Shown piece after piece: positions 8,742 through 17,663 of a stretch of DNA of 64,000 bases. The DNA is from an uncultured virus (IMG/VR IMGVR_UViG_3300044843_001040). Its lineage: Duplodnaviria > Heunggongvirae > Uroviricota > Caudoviricetes. How positions within the stretch are numbered: position 1 is the stretch's first letter; the number at the start of each line of letters is the position of its first letter. A model generated the notes under the pieces. That model was given only the letters and a program-made list of their open reading frames with translations. It had not been told where the DNA came from and searched no databases. The translations under genes and the position numbers were made by a program. Location: positions 1 to 64,000 of IMG/VR virus record IMGVR_UViG_3300044843_001040; one strand, given 5' to 3'.

Positions 8742-10086
8742 AACCTCTTCGCCAGAATACCCATAGCCTTGTGCTATGGGATGAATGGCGCTCATTACTA
8801 TAACTGTCAATAAATCAATTATTCTTAAGAATTTTAAAATAATTTAAAATAATTTTAAAACTATATGCATACTATATAATATAGTTATGCAGAAAGTTCT
8901 AAAGGCATTTAAATATCGCATCTATCCAGCTAAAGAGCAGAAAATATTTCTTGCTCAACAGTTTGGAGCGGTACGTTATGTCTATAACCACTTTCTATCT
9001 AAAAGAAAAGACGAATATTTAAATAACAAAAAATATCTTAACTATCATGATGATGCAAAAACTCTTACTGAGTTAAAATCATTAGACGGCTATGACTGGC
9101 TGTATAATGTTAATTCTCAAACACTTCAGTCTGCTTTGAAAAATTTAGATGCCGCTTATATTAAATTTTTTAAAAAGCAAAATGCCTTTCCAAAATTTCA
9201 TAAACGAAGTAATCGTCAGTGCATTAAAGTTCCGCAGAATTTTAAAGTCTCTTGTGGAAAACTTTCCATTCCAAAATTAAAAAGTAAAATAAAAATCAAA
9301 CTTCACCAAAAATTACCAGAAGACCAGGTTTGTTTGTTTATCTCTAAGAATCCTTCTGGAGAATATTATGCAACAATTTTATGTGAAATTGATGTTAAAG
9401 AGTTGCCAAAAAATAACTCCGCTATAGGCATAGATCTTGGATTAAAAGATTTAGCTATTACTTCAGAGGGCAAAACTTTTAAAAATCATAAATTCTATAG
9501 ATTAACAGAGAAAAAATTAAAATTTCAACAACGTAAACTTTCTAGAAAAAAGAAAGGCTCTAAAAACAAAAATAAACAACGAATCAAAGTAGCAAGATTA
9601 CATCAAAAAGTATCAAATCGAAGATTTGATCAGCTTCATAAAATAACTCATCAGCTAATTAATGAAAACCAAATTATCGTAGCAGAGAGCTTATCAGTGA
9701 AGAATATGATTAAAAACAGAAAACTTTCTAAAAGTATTCAAGATGCTTCTTGGGGAGAATTTACTAGACAATTAGAATATAAATCTAAATGGTATGGAAG
9801 AACTTTCTATCAAATAGATAGATTTTTTCCTAGTAGCAAAACCTGCAACAAATGTCAATTTGTTGTAGATTCACTGTCATTAGATATAAGAAATTGGAAG
9901 TGTCCTGTTTGTGGAACTAATCATGATCGAGATGTAAACGCCGCTATCAATATTCGAGATAAAGGTTTAAAAGATTTGTCTGTTTCTGGAACGGAATCGG
10001 ACGTTAAACAAAAACTTAGTAAGGCGTCGGCAAGAGCCGAGTCTATGATCTAAGAAGCCACTACCTTTATGGTAGTGGTAGTTCAC
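8742..10086 (+). mobile_element. TnpB-only IS200/IS605-family element (IS1341-like)
   Basis: Left hairpin CCCATAGC-CTTGT-GCTATGGG, right hairpin CCACTACC-TTTAT-GGTAGTGG then TAGTTCAC; TTTAT before the inferred left end. Confidence 0.82.
8887..10053 (+). CDS. tnpB: TnpB RNA-guided endonuclease
   Basis: KAFKYRIYP, GIDLGLK, AESL, SSKTCNKC, CPVC, DRDVNAAINI. Confidence 0.94.
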   Translation: MQKVLKAFKYRIYPAKEQKIFLAQQFGAVRYVYNHFLSKRKDEYLNNKKYLNYHDDAKTLTELKSLDGYDWLYNVNSQTLQSALKNLDAAYIKFFKKQNAFPKFHKRSNRQCIKVPQNFKVSCGKLSIPKLKSKIKIKLHQKLPEDQVCLFISKNPSGEYYATILCEIDVKELPKNNSAIGIDLGLKDLAITSEGKTFKNHKFYRLTEKKLKFQQRKLSRKKKGSKNKNKQRIKVARLHQKVSNRRFDQLHKITHQLINENQIIVAESLSVKNMIKNRKLSKSIQDASWGEFTRQLEYKSKWYGRTFYQIDRFFPSSKTCNKCQFVVDSLSLDIRNWKCPVCGTNHDRDVNAAINIRDKGLKDLSVSGTESDVKQKLSKASARAESMI

Positions 10087-11003
10087 TGTTTAAGAGGAAA
10101 ATAATTAGTATTAGATCTATTATATAACTGACTATCTAGTTGTATGAGATAATCAGATTTTTCTACTTGAGAAATCAAATGCGCTTTGATGCCTTGTAAA
10201 CCGTCTTTAGCTCCAAAGAGCGCACCCACAATAGCAGCAGTAGTATCCGTATCTCCTCCAGCTTTAATGGCAGCCACTACCGCCGAATGATAATCTTTAA
10301 ATTTCATAAAACAATATAGGGCTGCTGGAACTGTTTCTCTGACATCAAATTTAGTGCCAATTAAACGTAAGGCTTGCTCGGCAGTAATATGTTCAGAATG
10401 AACCATGGCATCTAAACTGAAAATGCTCTTTTTAACTTGAGTATCAGGTAAGAATCTGATTATTTTTTTTAATAAATCCTCAATATCGTTATTAGCTGCA
10501 TACGCGGCAGTTAAGGCAATAGCTAGCGCTCCAGCTTCAGCCTCTTCGGAAGCATGAGTAATACTATTATCTATTTTAACTGATTGTATCAGCATGGGTA
10601 TATCATGTCGATAAAAAACGCCAAAAGGCGCCGCTCTCATTGCAGTGCCATTACCGATAGAGCCAACAATTCCGGAATGCTCCCAAGACTTGCCAGCTTT
10701 TAAATTTTCCATTGCTAATCGAGTAGTTCGGCCAGCTCCTTTAGACTGAGGAGAGAAAAACCAATTCATATAGCGAGAAGCTAAATCTTGTGGATTAAAA
10801 GTTGACTGTTGAATGAGTGACTCTGCGACTATTTGTTGCATGGCACTGTCATCAGTCCATTGACCCGGTTTCAATTGATGGGATTCAGAAGCTAAAAAAT
10901 TTTCTCCGGACCATTCCATTAATAATGGATCATTAATTAATTTTCTTTCAAAAGGCATGCCTAAGGCATCCCCGATGGCGCCGCCTAATAAGGTATTACT
11001 CAT
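10083..11003 (-). CDS. ADP-ribosylglycohydrolase (DraG/ARH family)
   Basis: GAIGDALG, WTDDS, GNGTAMRAAP, GGDTDTTAAIVGAL. Confidence 0.92.
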   Translation of the reverse strand: MSNTLLGGAIGDALGMPFERKLINDPLLMEWSGENFLASESHQLKPGQWTDDSAMQQIVAESLIQQSTFNPQDLASRYMNWFFSPQSKGAGRTTRLAMENLKAGKSWEHSGIVGSIGNGTAMRAAPFGVFYRHDIPMLIQSVKIDNSITHASEEAEAGALAIALTAAYAANNDIEDLLKKIIRFLPDTQVKKSIFSLDAMVHSEHITAEQALRLIGTKFDVRETVPAALYCFMKFKDYHSAVVAAIKAGGDTDTTAAIVGALFGAKDGLQGIKAHLISQVEKSDYLIQLDSQLYNRSNTNYFPLKQ

Positions 11004-11051
11004 TATGATTTATTCTTTCTTGTGCAAGATCGTTACATGTTCTAATTTTGT

Positions 11052-11300
11052 TTAGAATTTATCAACATCAATTTCCTGAGATAGTTTAAAACTCTCAGTC
11101 ATATTAAAAGGAGTGAGTCCGACATTTTTGCCGCGCAGAAAGTTTACGCATTGCCTAAACTCATCAACCGCGTATCCTAACCTGTTAAACTCAGGGTCAA
11201 AACGTAAGTAAATGGGATCATACCCGTTATTTTTTAATCTAAGATTAACATGATCTATAAATTTTAGTAATAGAGGTGAGTGTTTGAAATTTTTATCCAT
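11052..11300 (-). CDS. Hypothetical protein
   Basis: ORF in tightly packed run. Confidence 0.6.
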   Translation of the reverse strand: MDKNFKHSPLLLKFIDHVNLRLKNNGYDPIYLRFDPEFNRLGYAVDEFRQCVNFLRGKNVGLTPFNMTESFKLSQEIDVDKF

Positions 11301-11301
11301 A

Positions 11302-11838
11302 TTATAATCGTTGATAAATAAAATCAGAATCTACTTTTAAAGTATTAATGGATAAATTTATTTCTCCCATAAAAATTTTTTTATGGCATGAAATAATATC
11401 TAAAATACTCATAGATTTTTCATCCAGAAATTCATCCTTATCCAAATAATATTGTCTCAAATCTTCTAACATAATTTGAGCTGCTCTTTTTTTAGCATTT
11501 TCAAATGAATCAAAAATTCCTAATAGGTCGGCGGAGTTATTTGGCGAGGAATATTCGAGAGAATATACTGTTTTTGTTGATATCATCGGAAATTTCTTGA
11601 TCACATAGGATGTATCGGTATGTTTTTGATAGATTTTTAAAAGTTTTTTAATACTTAATTTTTTTAAGTTAGTTTTATTATTTACTTTAATGATTTGCGA
11701 GCCAAAGAAATTTTCTAATTCTAATAATATTGATTTTTTTATATATTGTTCGGCTTTTGCTTTAGTTGAATAGGCTCCACAATAATATTCCGGATCACAA
11801 TCATGAAACGTACCAGAAAAACTCACAGCATAAATCAT
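11302..11838 (-). CDS. Hypothetical protein with two internal G(A/I)(Y/F)xx...A repeats
   Basis: GAYSTKAKAEQ and GIFDSFENAKK. Confidence 0.6.
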   Translation of the reverse strand: MIYAVSFSGTFHDCDPEYYCGAYSTKAKAEQYIKKSILLELENFFGSQIIKVNNKTNLKKLSIKKLLKIYQKHTDTSYVIKKFPMISTKTVYSLEYSSPNNSADLLGIFDSFENAKKRAAQIMLEDLRQYYLDKDEFLDEKSMSILDIISCHKKIFMGEINLSINTLKVDSDFIYQRL

Positions 11839-12143
11839 ACTACCTCTTTACTTACGAGTAAAGTCTCGTAATCTAAACCATATTGATATTGATGTCTAAC
11901 TTGAACAAAACATAATAAGGCTTGATCTAGATCATCAAACTCTAAATAATCAGAACCATTCTGATCTTCCCAAGCCACTTCCCATTTAGTCGGAGGGCAA
12001 GCCTCATTAATGGGGCGAATAGATAACATCCCCTGAAGATCAAGGTCAAATCCCGCCGGATGCAATAATAAAGGCTTTAATAGCGCTACTTCTTGTTCAA
12101 TCGTCATCCAATATGGCAATAAATTTTCTGGTTCGCTAGTCAT
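11835..12143 (-). CDS. Hypothetical protein
   Basis: ORF directly downstream of a sigma70-like promoter. Confidence 0.65.
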   Translation of the reverse strand: MTSEPENLLPYWMTIEQEVALLKPLLLHPAGFDLDLQGMLSIRPINEACPPTKWEVAWEDQNGSDYLEFDDLDQALLCFVQVRHQYQYGLDYETLLVSKEVV

Positions 12144-12149
12144 CGAGTA

Positions 12150-12177
12150 ATGATAATCTGCGTAAATACCGAGTCAA
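12150..12177 (-). promoter_or_regulatory. sigma70-like promoter (probably leaderless)
   Basis: TTGACT-16nt-TATCAT, 6 nt upstream of ATG 12143. Confidence 0.55.
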
Positions 12178-12196
12178 GGGCGCTAATTAATAAAAA

Positions 12197-13474
12197 TTAA
12201 CTCTCGAATAATTTAAGATATTGCGCCGCCACTTGCTCCCAAGAATTATCAATTAAATACTCATTTTGTTGAGCAATTTGTTGCTCTTTATAATTCTTAT
12301 CAAGAAAAACTCTTTCTAAAGCACTAGCAATCTCTTCTGGAGAATCAGCTTTGATAGTAGGCAAGTCACTAAAATGATTAACTGAAGACGTCACTACTGG
12401 TAATCCTTTAGACATCGCAATCCGAGCCGCCCCAGAAACCCCAAAGACTTCATGTTCTGGATGAGAAATATATGGAAATAAAGTAGCTTGATTGGTTCTT
12501 AAATAAGAATCTAATACTTCTTCAGAAAAATATCCTCTCAACAAGGCGACATTATCTTGTACTCCTAATTCGTAAATTAAGGCTAATAATTCATTAAAGT
12601 ATAATTCATGCTCCGCTTTATTATGAGGCGATTCCGAAAATAAACCAGTAAAAAAGACATCAGCATGTTTTTGTTTTAACACTGCGGTGGCTCGAATGGC
12701 ATTTTCCCAACCTTTATATCTTAATCCAAAACCAAATTGCATAAAGGTCTTATTGGATTTATAATAATTCCATAATTTATGACCTTGAGGAGCAAAACAT
12801 CCATGAGGAATCACATACACTTTACTAGGAACCTGTTTTTCTTGCAATAAAACTTGTTGTGCCCCCGCTAAATGCACTACAATCTCAGGCATAGCGGCTT
12901 CCACAATAGTTTTATCTCGATGATGAAAGACAGAATGCATAGTAACTATGACTCGATACTCAGATAATTGAGTCATCATCGATAACCAATGCATAGCATT
13001 GGGCCATAATCCAAATTCATGTTGAATCCAGACAATATCTGGGTCATATTCTTTAATTTGTGAAATTAAATCTGTTAAGGGTTCGCCTCGTTTCCAGCAA
13101 GGCACTACTTTATCTTCTGAATAACTCTCTCCACCAATTAAATTGGTGGGACCAGTAATTAACTCATTGTTTTCAATGAACAATTTGAAGTCGCCAACTT
13201 GTTTAACTACGTGTCCCCATAAGTTTTCGGCATAGGTAGCGATGCCACATCTCATTTTCCAATTACCAATTAAGGCAACTTTCAGTTGGGAGGCAGGTTT
13301 TTTGGATAATTTAGAAACTAAGCGGCCATTTTTAATTCGACAATTAGTAATTAATTGTAAAGAATCAATATGATTTAATTCGGGAGGAATAGCAATAACT
13401 TCTAACTCTTTATCATTAATGGATTCGTTAGAGATAACACAAATTTTATTGTTTTTAACTCCGACAAAGCGCAT
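12197..13474 (-). CDS. Glycosyltransferase, GT-B fold (family 4-like)
   Basis: CGIATYA, WIQHEFGLW, VTMHS, VIPHG, FGFGLRYKG, FPY...SGAARIAM. Confidence 0.85.
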   Translation of the reverse strand: MRFVGVKNNKICVISNESINDKELEVIAIPPELNHIDSLQLITNCRIKNGRLVSKLSKKPASQLKVALIGNWKMRCGIATYAENLWGHVVKQVGDFKLFIENNELITGPTNLIGGESYSEDKVVPCWKRGEPLTDLISQIKEYDPDIVWIQHEFGLWPNAMHWLSMMTQLSEYRVIVTMHSVFHHRDKTIVEAAMPEIVVHLAGAQQVLLQEKQVPSKVYVIPHGCFAPQGHKLWNYYKSNKTFMQFGFGLRYKGWENAIRATAVLKQKHADVFFTGLFSESPHNKAEHELYFNELLALIYELGVQDNVALLRGYFSEEVLDSYLRTNQATLFPYISHPEHEVFGVSGAARIAMSKGLPVVTSSVNHFSDLPTIKADSPEEIASALERVFLDKNYKEQQIAQQNEYLIDNSWEQVAAQYLKLFES

Positions 13475-14414
13475 CTTCTACCCTCTCTCTTAAAGATTCA
13501 AATATATTACGGTCTATTGGTAGAATAGGGTTATTTTTTGTCGATAAAACATTTTTAATTTCATCTAATATGAGTTGTTTGTGACACCCATAATAAGGAA
13601 TTTTTGAACCTATAGAATTTTTTAATTTATCATGATGATGAATAGTTAAACATGGGACTTGCGCCATGTCAGATAAAACTGTGCCATGAAATCTTTGAGT
13701 AATAGTCATCGTATATGGAGAGATCATATCTATCGCTTCCTGTACAGTCAGCGGAACCTGTGATAAAATCATCTCATCCTTAGTATGACACATTCGATTA
13801 ATAATTTCTCCGGCCGTATAAACATCACTTAATTTATTATTAAGGCAAAAAGGTAAAAATTTAATCTCAAACTCTTTAGATAATAAATCTAAAGATTGAG
13901 CCATTTCACTTTTAAAGTATTCCCAGGCCGTATGTTTCCAATGCGGAGAATCCCATTTCGGGACTACTGAAACATTTGGAATATACAGAATAGACTTGGG
14001 TTTAGTAATATTTTTAATGGTAACAGGTAAAGAATATACCAAATCAGGAATAACTAGAGTATTAGAGTTGAGATTATTAACTGTTTCTAAATGAGAATCA
14101 CTCCTAATAGCAATGAGCTTAGCTATTGACATTAGCTGTCGATGTGTGTCATGAATATTAGTTTCTGCTCCAATACCTACATAACAGATAGGAAGAGATG
14201 TTAATTTAGACCAAGCTTCTGGCGCTACTTGACAGGGTTGGTTAATAAAAGAACCTCCGCCAATAAAGACAGCTTGAATATTATTCAATTGAGATAAGGT
14301 GATCTTGTCAGTAAAAGTAAATTGATGTTGAGGAAATAGATGCTGAAACGCTTCAATAAATAAATTATCGCCTAAATTTTGTTTAAAATACCAGCCTAGG
14401 ACTAAAATATTCAC
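13455..14414 (-). CDS. Polysaccharide pyruvyl transferase family protein
   Basis: GWYFKQNLGD, IGGGSF, IAIR, IPDLV, RFHG. Confidence 0.8.
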   Translation of the reverse strand: MNILVLGWYFKQNLGDNLFIEAFQHLFPQHQFTFTDKITLSQLNNIQAVFIGGGSFINQPCQVAPEAWSKLTSLPICYVGIGAETNIHDTHRQLMSIAKLIAIRSDSHLETVNNLNSNTLVIPDLVYSLPVTIKNITKPKSILYIPNVSVVPKWDSPHWKHTAWEYFKSEMAQSLDLLSKEFEIKFLPFCLNNKLSDVYTAGEIINRMCHTKDEMILSQVPLTVQEAIDMISPYTMTITQRFHGTVLSDMAQVPCLTIHHHDKLKNSIGSKIPYYGCHKQLILDEIKNVLSTKNNPILPIDRNIFESLRERVEDALCRS

Positions 14415-14422
14415 TTGTTATC

Positions 14423-14457
14423 TGTCTCCAGGTATAGAGCAATTAGAACTTATGTCA
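14423..14457 (-). promoter_or_regulatory. Motif A copy 1 (repeated upstream element with CTCYA-N4-TRGAG inverted repeat)
   Basis: tgtctccaggtatagagcaattagaacttatgtca; other copies at 14779, 27745, 33946, 41977. Confidence 0.55.
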
Positions 14458-14471
14458 TCCTCTTATTTGCA

Positions 14472-14753
14472 TCAGCAGTAATAAACATTCCAGGTAATTT
14501 CTCTAATATCTTTAACTTTCCATTCAATAAATAAAGTATAGGTGTGGCGACAATGACTTAAATAATGACGATATACTTTGTATACTAGTTTATCTTTTTT
14601 CTTAGGCCCAGGGTCACAGGGTAGTGGTACCGACTTTTTCTTAAAATAAACTTCGACTCGATGGGGAAAGTCTAACAATGGAATGACCACGCTAGCTTTG
14701 CCCACCACTACTAGGGTGCCGCTTTGTTCAAATCTTTTTTTGAGCTTGCGCAT
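14472..14753 (-). CDS. Hypothetical protein
   Basis: Start set at ATG 14753 (GGAGA SD); the longer ORF-track start runs through motif A. Confidence 0.6.
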   Translation of the reverse strand: MRKLKKRFEQSGTLVVVGKASVVIPLLDFPHRVEVYFKKKSVPLPCDPGPKKKDKLVYKVYRHYLSHCRHTYTLFIEWKVKDIREITWNVYYC

Positions 14754-14778
14754 CTGACATCTCCGTTGTCTCCTGGTA

Positions 14779-14810
14779 TGTCTCCACGTATAGAGCAATT
14801 ATAACTTATG
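14779..14810 (-). promoter_or_regulatory. Motif A copy 2
   Basis: tgtctccacgtatagagcaattataacttatg. Confidence 0.55.
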
Positions 14811-14859
14811 GAGACATTAATTATCTTCTGTCAGTATGCGAAATTATTCGTCCCTCTGA

Positions 14860-14889
14860 TCTGGATATTTAAGGAGCCCAGCCTCCATT
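14860..14889 (-). promoter_or_regulatory. Motif B copy (putative alternative-sigma promoter)
   Basis: Minus strand AATGGAGGCTGGGCTCCTTAAATATCCAGA. Confidence 0.55.
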
Positions 14890-14900
14890 GCTGGAAATAT

Positions 14901-15182
14901 TTACCTGGTTAATAATTTAGATAACTCCCCCATATAGAGATAATATTTTCCTGTAGATAATTTCCACTCTGGATTCCATTTTTCACTACTCATAATGAGT
15001 AGTCCCTCTATATAAATGATCCATCCAATAAACTCTCCAATAGGATCTTTTTGACGAGTAGGAGAAACATTAATGCCAGCTAATTTGGAATCCGGCCAAT
15101 GTTCTGCTTGTTGAGCAATTAATTCGGCCGAATCCCAAAATGCTTTGCCTTCCGGAGTAGACAAATTTCTTTTAATTTTCAT
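14901..15182 (-). CDS. Hypothetical protein
   Basis: ATGA overlap with groES. Confidence 0.6.
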   Translation of the reverse strand: MKIKRNLSTPEGKAFWDSAELIAQQAEHWPDSKLAGINVSPTRQKDPIGEFIGWIIYIEGLLIMSSEKWNPEWKLSTGKYYLYMGELSKLLTR

Positions 15183-15469
15183 TTCACTACTGCTAAAACT
15201 TGATCTTCTCTCAACAGAAAAACTGTTTGCGAACCATCTGCTAACTCAGTCGCATGGTGCTTATTAAAGAAAACTGTATCCCCTTCTTTGACTTCTAAAG
15301 GTACGACAGTTCCCGACATAGTTACTCTGCCAGAACCAGCGGCCAAGACTTTACTTTTGGACACTTTAGAATCGGCTGTGGCGGGTTTAAAAATTAAACC
15401 GCTTTCTGTTTTTTCTTCTTCTACTGGTTTAGCGACGACAATAAAATCTCTTAATGGCTGTAAACTCAT
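15179..15469 (-). CDS. groES: Co-chaperonin GroES
   Basis: LQPLRDFIVV, EEKTESGLI, VLAAGSG, PLEVKEGDTVFF, LLREDQVLAVV. Confidence 0.93.
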   Translation of the reverse strand: MSLQPLRDFIVVAKPVEEEKTESGLIFKPATADSKVSKSKVLAAGSGRVTMSGTVVPLEVKEGDTVFFNKHHATELADGSQTVFLLREDQVLAVVK

Positions 15470-15539
15470 AATTAAACTCCTTGTGTTTTATTCTTACCTC
15501 TCAGAGGTAAAAGTTGTTAATGGCAACATACAATATATC

Positions 15540-15779
15540 TCATTTAAGAACTTGTTCCCATCTTTCGAGATAGAAAGTCATATCTCGAATGACAGAAGGT
15601 GAAATATTAGCAAAATCTCCATGATAGGGGACTTGTTGGCCTCCTTTATTAGTTTTACTTTTAATAGCGGCCACAAAAGATTCTTGAATCATTTTCAATT
15701 CATAAGTTAATTTTTCGTTCACACAATAAGGACAATCAGATCCGACTGTGTTTTGGTGTTGATCGCAATAGTTATTCAC
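15540..15779 (-). CDS. Hypothetical protein (CxxH...CxxC)
   Basis: ORF in run. Confidence 0.55.
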   Translation of the reverse strand: MNNYCDQHQNTVGSDCPYCVNEKLTYELKMIQESFVAAIKSKTNKGGQQVPYHGDFANISPSVIRDMTFYLERWEQVLK

Positions 15780-16164
15780 ATTTTCTTCCTATAGTGAGAT
15801 GAAATCCAAATTTTGGCTCTTTAGTCAAACCATAAGTTTCTCTAATTTCTGAGAGAAAAGGAGATTTTACTTTGAGCCAAAAGTATTCTCCATTATCTAA
15901 TACTCCAGGTTGGTATTGAAATTCCACAATTTTATTGGCCTGCAATCCCCATAAATGATAATTAGGAATTTTCTCTCCCCGAATAATAGAGATATGGGTG
16001 CCCCAGACCGGGCGAGTTAATTTTCCTTTCCATGGAAACTGCTGATAAAACATATGACGATAATATTTAGAAATTTCATCGTCACACATTAAGACTAGCC
16101 ATCTCTCATTGGAACCTAAATGACTCCGAGGGCTATAAATTAGTTTGCCAATGGAAGTAAACAT
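15772..16164 (-). CDS. Putative 2H phosphoesterase-like protein
   Basis: Two Hx(S/T) motifs about 65 aa apart: GTHISIIRGE and GFHLTIG. Confidence 0.55.
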   Translation of the reverse strand: MFTSIGKLIYSPRSHLGSNERWLVLMCDDEISKYYRHMFYQQFPWKGKLTRPVWGTHISIIRGEKIPNYHLWGLQANKIVEFQYQPGVLDNGEYFWLKVKSPFLSEIRETYGLTKEPKFGFHLTIGRKCE

Positions 16165-16165
16165 G

Positions 16166-16531
16166 TTATTTATAATCGATAAAGGGGTGCCAACCTAAGG
16201 TGTTTTCCCAGAATTGACAAAATTCTGGATAAGATTGTGTTACTTTATCTTCTGAATAGGCTTGTTTTAACTGAGCAATTTCAGAAGCATAAGTTTCTTT
16301 ATCTAAGGCTCGTAAATTATTGATTTCCTTAGCAATCATTATCAAGGCTAATTTAGGATCCCATTGAATGGAAAGGGCGGATTGATTTTTAATTTTTGAT
16401 AATTGTTGTTCTAATTCTTCTATTTTAGAAAATAGAAGGTCGAAAACATTTACCATCTGCGAAAAAAAGACGATTGGGTCTTTAGTACCAATACTCTCTT
16501 GCATTTCTTGCAATAATTGTTTTTTATTCAT
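16166..16531 (-). CDS. Hypothetical protein
   Basis: ORF in run. Confidence 0.65.
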   Translation of the reverse strand: MNKKQLLQEMQESIGTKDPIVFFSQMVNVFDLLFSKIEELEQQLSKIKNQSALSIQWDPKLALIMIAKEINNLRALDKETYASEIAQLKQAYSEDKVTQSYPEFCQFWENTLGWHPFIDYK

Positions 16532-16572
16532 GATTTTGTGGCTTTAATTGTAAATTATAATCTTTTAAAGAA

Positions 16573-17439
16573 TCAGCATTCACCTACTTGACATCTGATA
16601 AAGTTAACAACAGTAATACCTGGTGCTATTGATTTCTCAGCTTTTTCTAAGACTTGAGCCACGCTGGTTTTAGGAAACACCACCGATTCTTGATTTAACA
16701 GACATACTTCTTGATGCCATTTATTAAATTTACCTGCTAAAATCTTAGGCCAAGCGGCTTCTGGCTTATTTAATTCTTGTAATTGAGCTTTAAAAATATG
16801 CTCTTGTCTCTCTACCGTGGCAGTGTCAAGTTGTTCAGGAGAGACGGCTAAAGGATTCATGGCGGCCACCTGCATCGCTAATTCTGCGCCTAATGATTCT
16901 AGTTGTAGACATTGTAATGCTAAAGCTGAACCTGTTACTAAGGAAGCAGATTGAAGAGTTAAGAGGACTCCAATTTTCTCATTGGAATGTAAATAAGAGC
17001 AAACAACGGCTGTCGGAGACAAACTTTCTTGTACCCACCATCGAGAAACTACAATATTTTCTTTAGTAATAGACATTAATGTCTTTCTAGCATCTTCGAC
17101 CAGTGATACTGAAAAGGGCATGTTTTTTACCACACAATCTTTAATTGTGTGCAAAGTTACTTGAGTAAAGTCTTTAAATTCTTTGGACCGAGCCACAAAA
17201 TCTGTTTGACAATTTATTTCGACCATAATTTTGGCGGTTGGTAAATCTAAAATAGAGACTACCCCTTCTCTAACTACATTAGTGTCTCGATTAGAGACTA
17301 CATTGAGTCCTTTAATTTTTACTATATCTACGGCTTGTGTTAGATCCCAATTAGCTTCTTGGAGCGCCGCTAAGCAATCTGACATGCCAGCCGAAGTTAA
17401 TCTTCGTAATTCTTTAATTAATTCTTGTTTATTGAGCAT
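16573..17439 (-). CDS. tsf: Translation elongation factor Ts
   Basis: IKELRRLTSAGMSDC..AL.EA, EG, EINCQTDFVA, YLH, AMQVAAMNP, KP...KI..GK, LLNQ, FIRCQVGE; start set at ATG 17439 (SD GAGGA). Confidence 0.92.
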   Translation of the reverse strand: MLNKQELIKELRRLTSAGMSDCLAALQEANWDLTQAVDIVKIKGLNVVSNRDTNVVREGVVSILDLPTAKIMVEINCQTDFVARSKEFKDFTQVTLHTIKDCVVKNMPFSVSLVEDARKTLMSITKENIVVSRWWVQESLSPTAVVCSYLHSNEKIGVLLTLQSASLVTGSALALQCLQLESLGAELAMQVAAMNPLAVSPEQLDTATVERQEHIFKAQLQELNKPEAAWPKILAGKFNKWHQEVCLLNQESVVFPKTSVAQVLEKAEKSIAPGITVVNFIRCQVGEC

Positions 17440-17454
17440 TATGTCCTCGTAGGT

Positions 17455-17485
17455 GTCTGAATATTTAAGGATCCCAGCTTCCATT
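17455..17485 (-). promoter_or_regulatory. Motif B copy upstream of tsf
   Basis: Minus strand AATGGAAGCTGGGATCCTTAAATATTCAGAC. Confidence 0.55.
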
Positions 17486-17497
17486 GTTGCCGGGTTA

Positions 17498-17525
17498 AAG
17501 TTAAATTTTACAAAATACTTGTCAA
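17498..17525 (-). promoter_or_regulatory. sigma70-like promoter upstream of tsf
   Basis: TTGACA-16nt-TAACTT. Confidence 0.45.
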
Positions 17526-17623
17526 GAGACAGAAATTTTTAAAAATACTCAAATATTTGGTGGAGCGTAAGTTTTGATTCTATCAATTTCTATGTATTCT
17601 TTCACATAAAGTTAGGTTAATAT

Positions 17624-17653
17624 AACGGCAGCTAGAAGCCGTCAATATCTAGA
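17624..17653 (+). promoter_or_regulatory. Motif B copy in plus orientation upstream of the Kelch gene
   Basis: AACGGCAGCTAGAAGCCGTCAATATCTAGA followed by GGAG SD and ATG 17664. Confidence 0.5.
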
Positions 17654-17663
17654 TGGAGATAAA

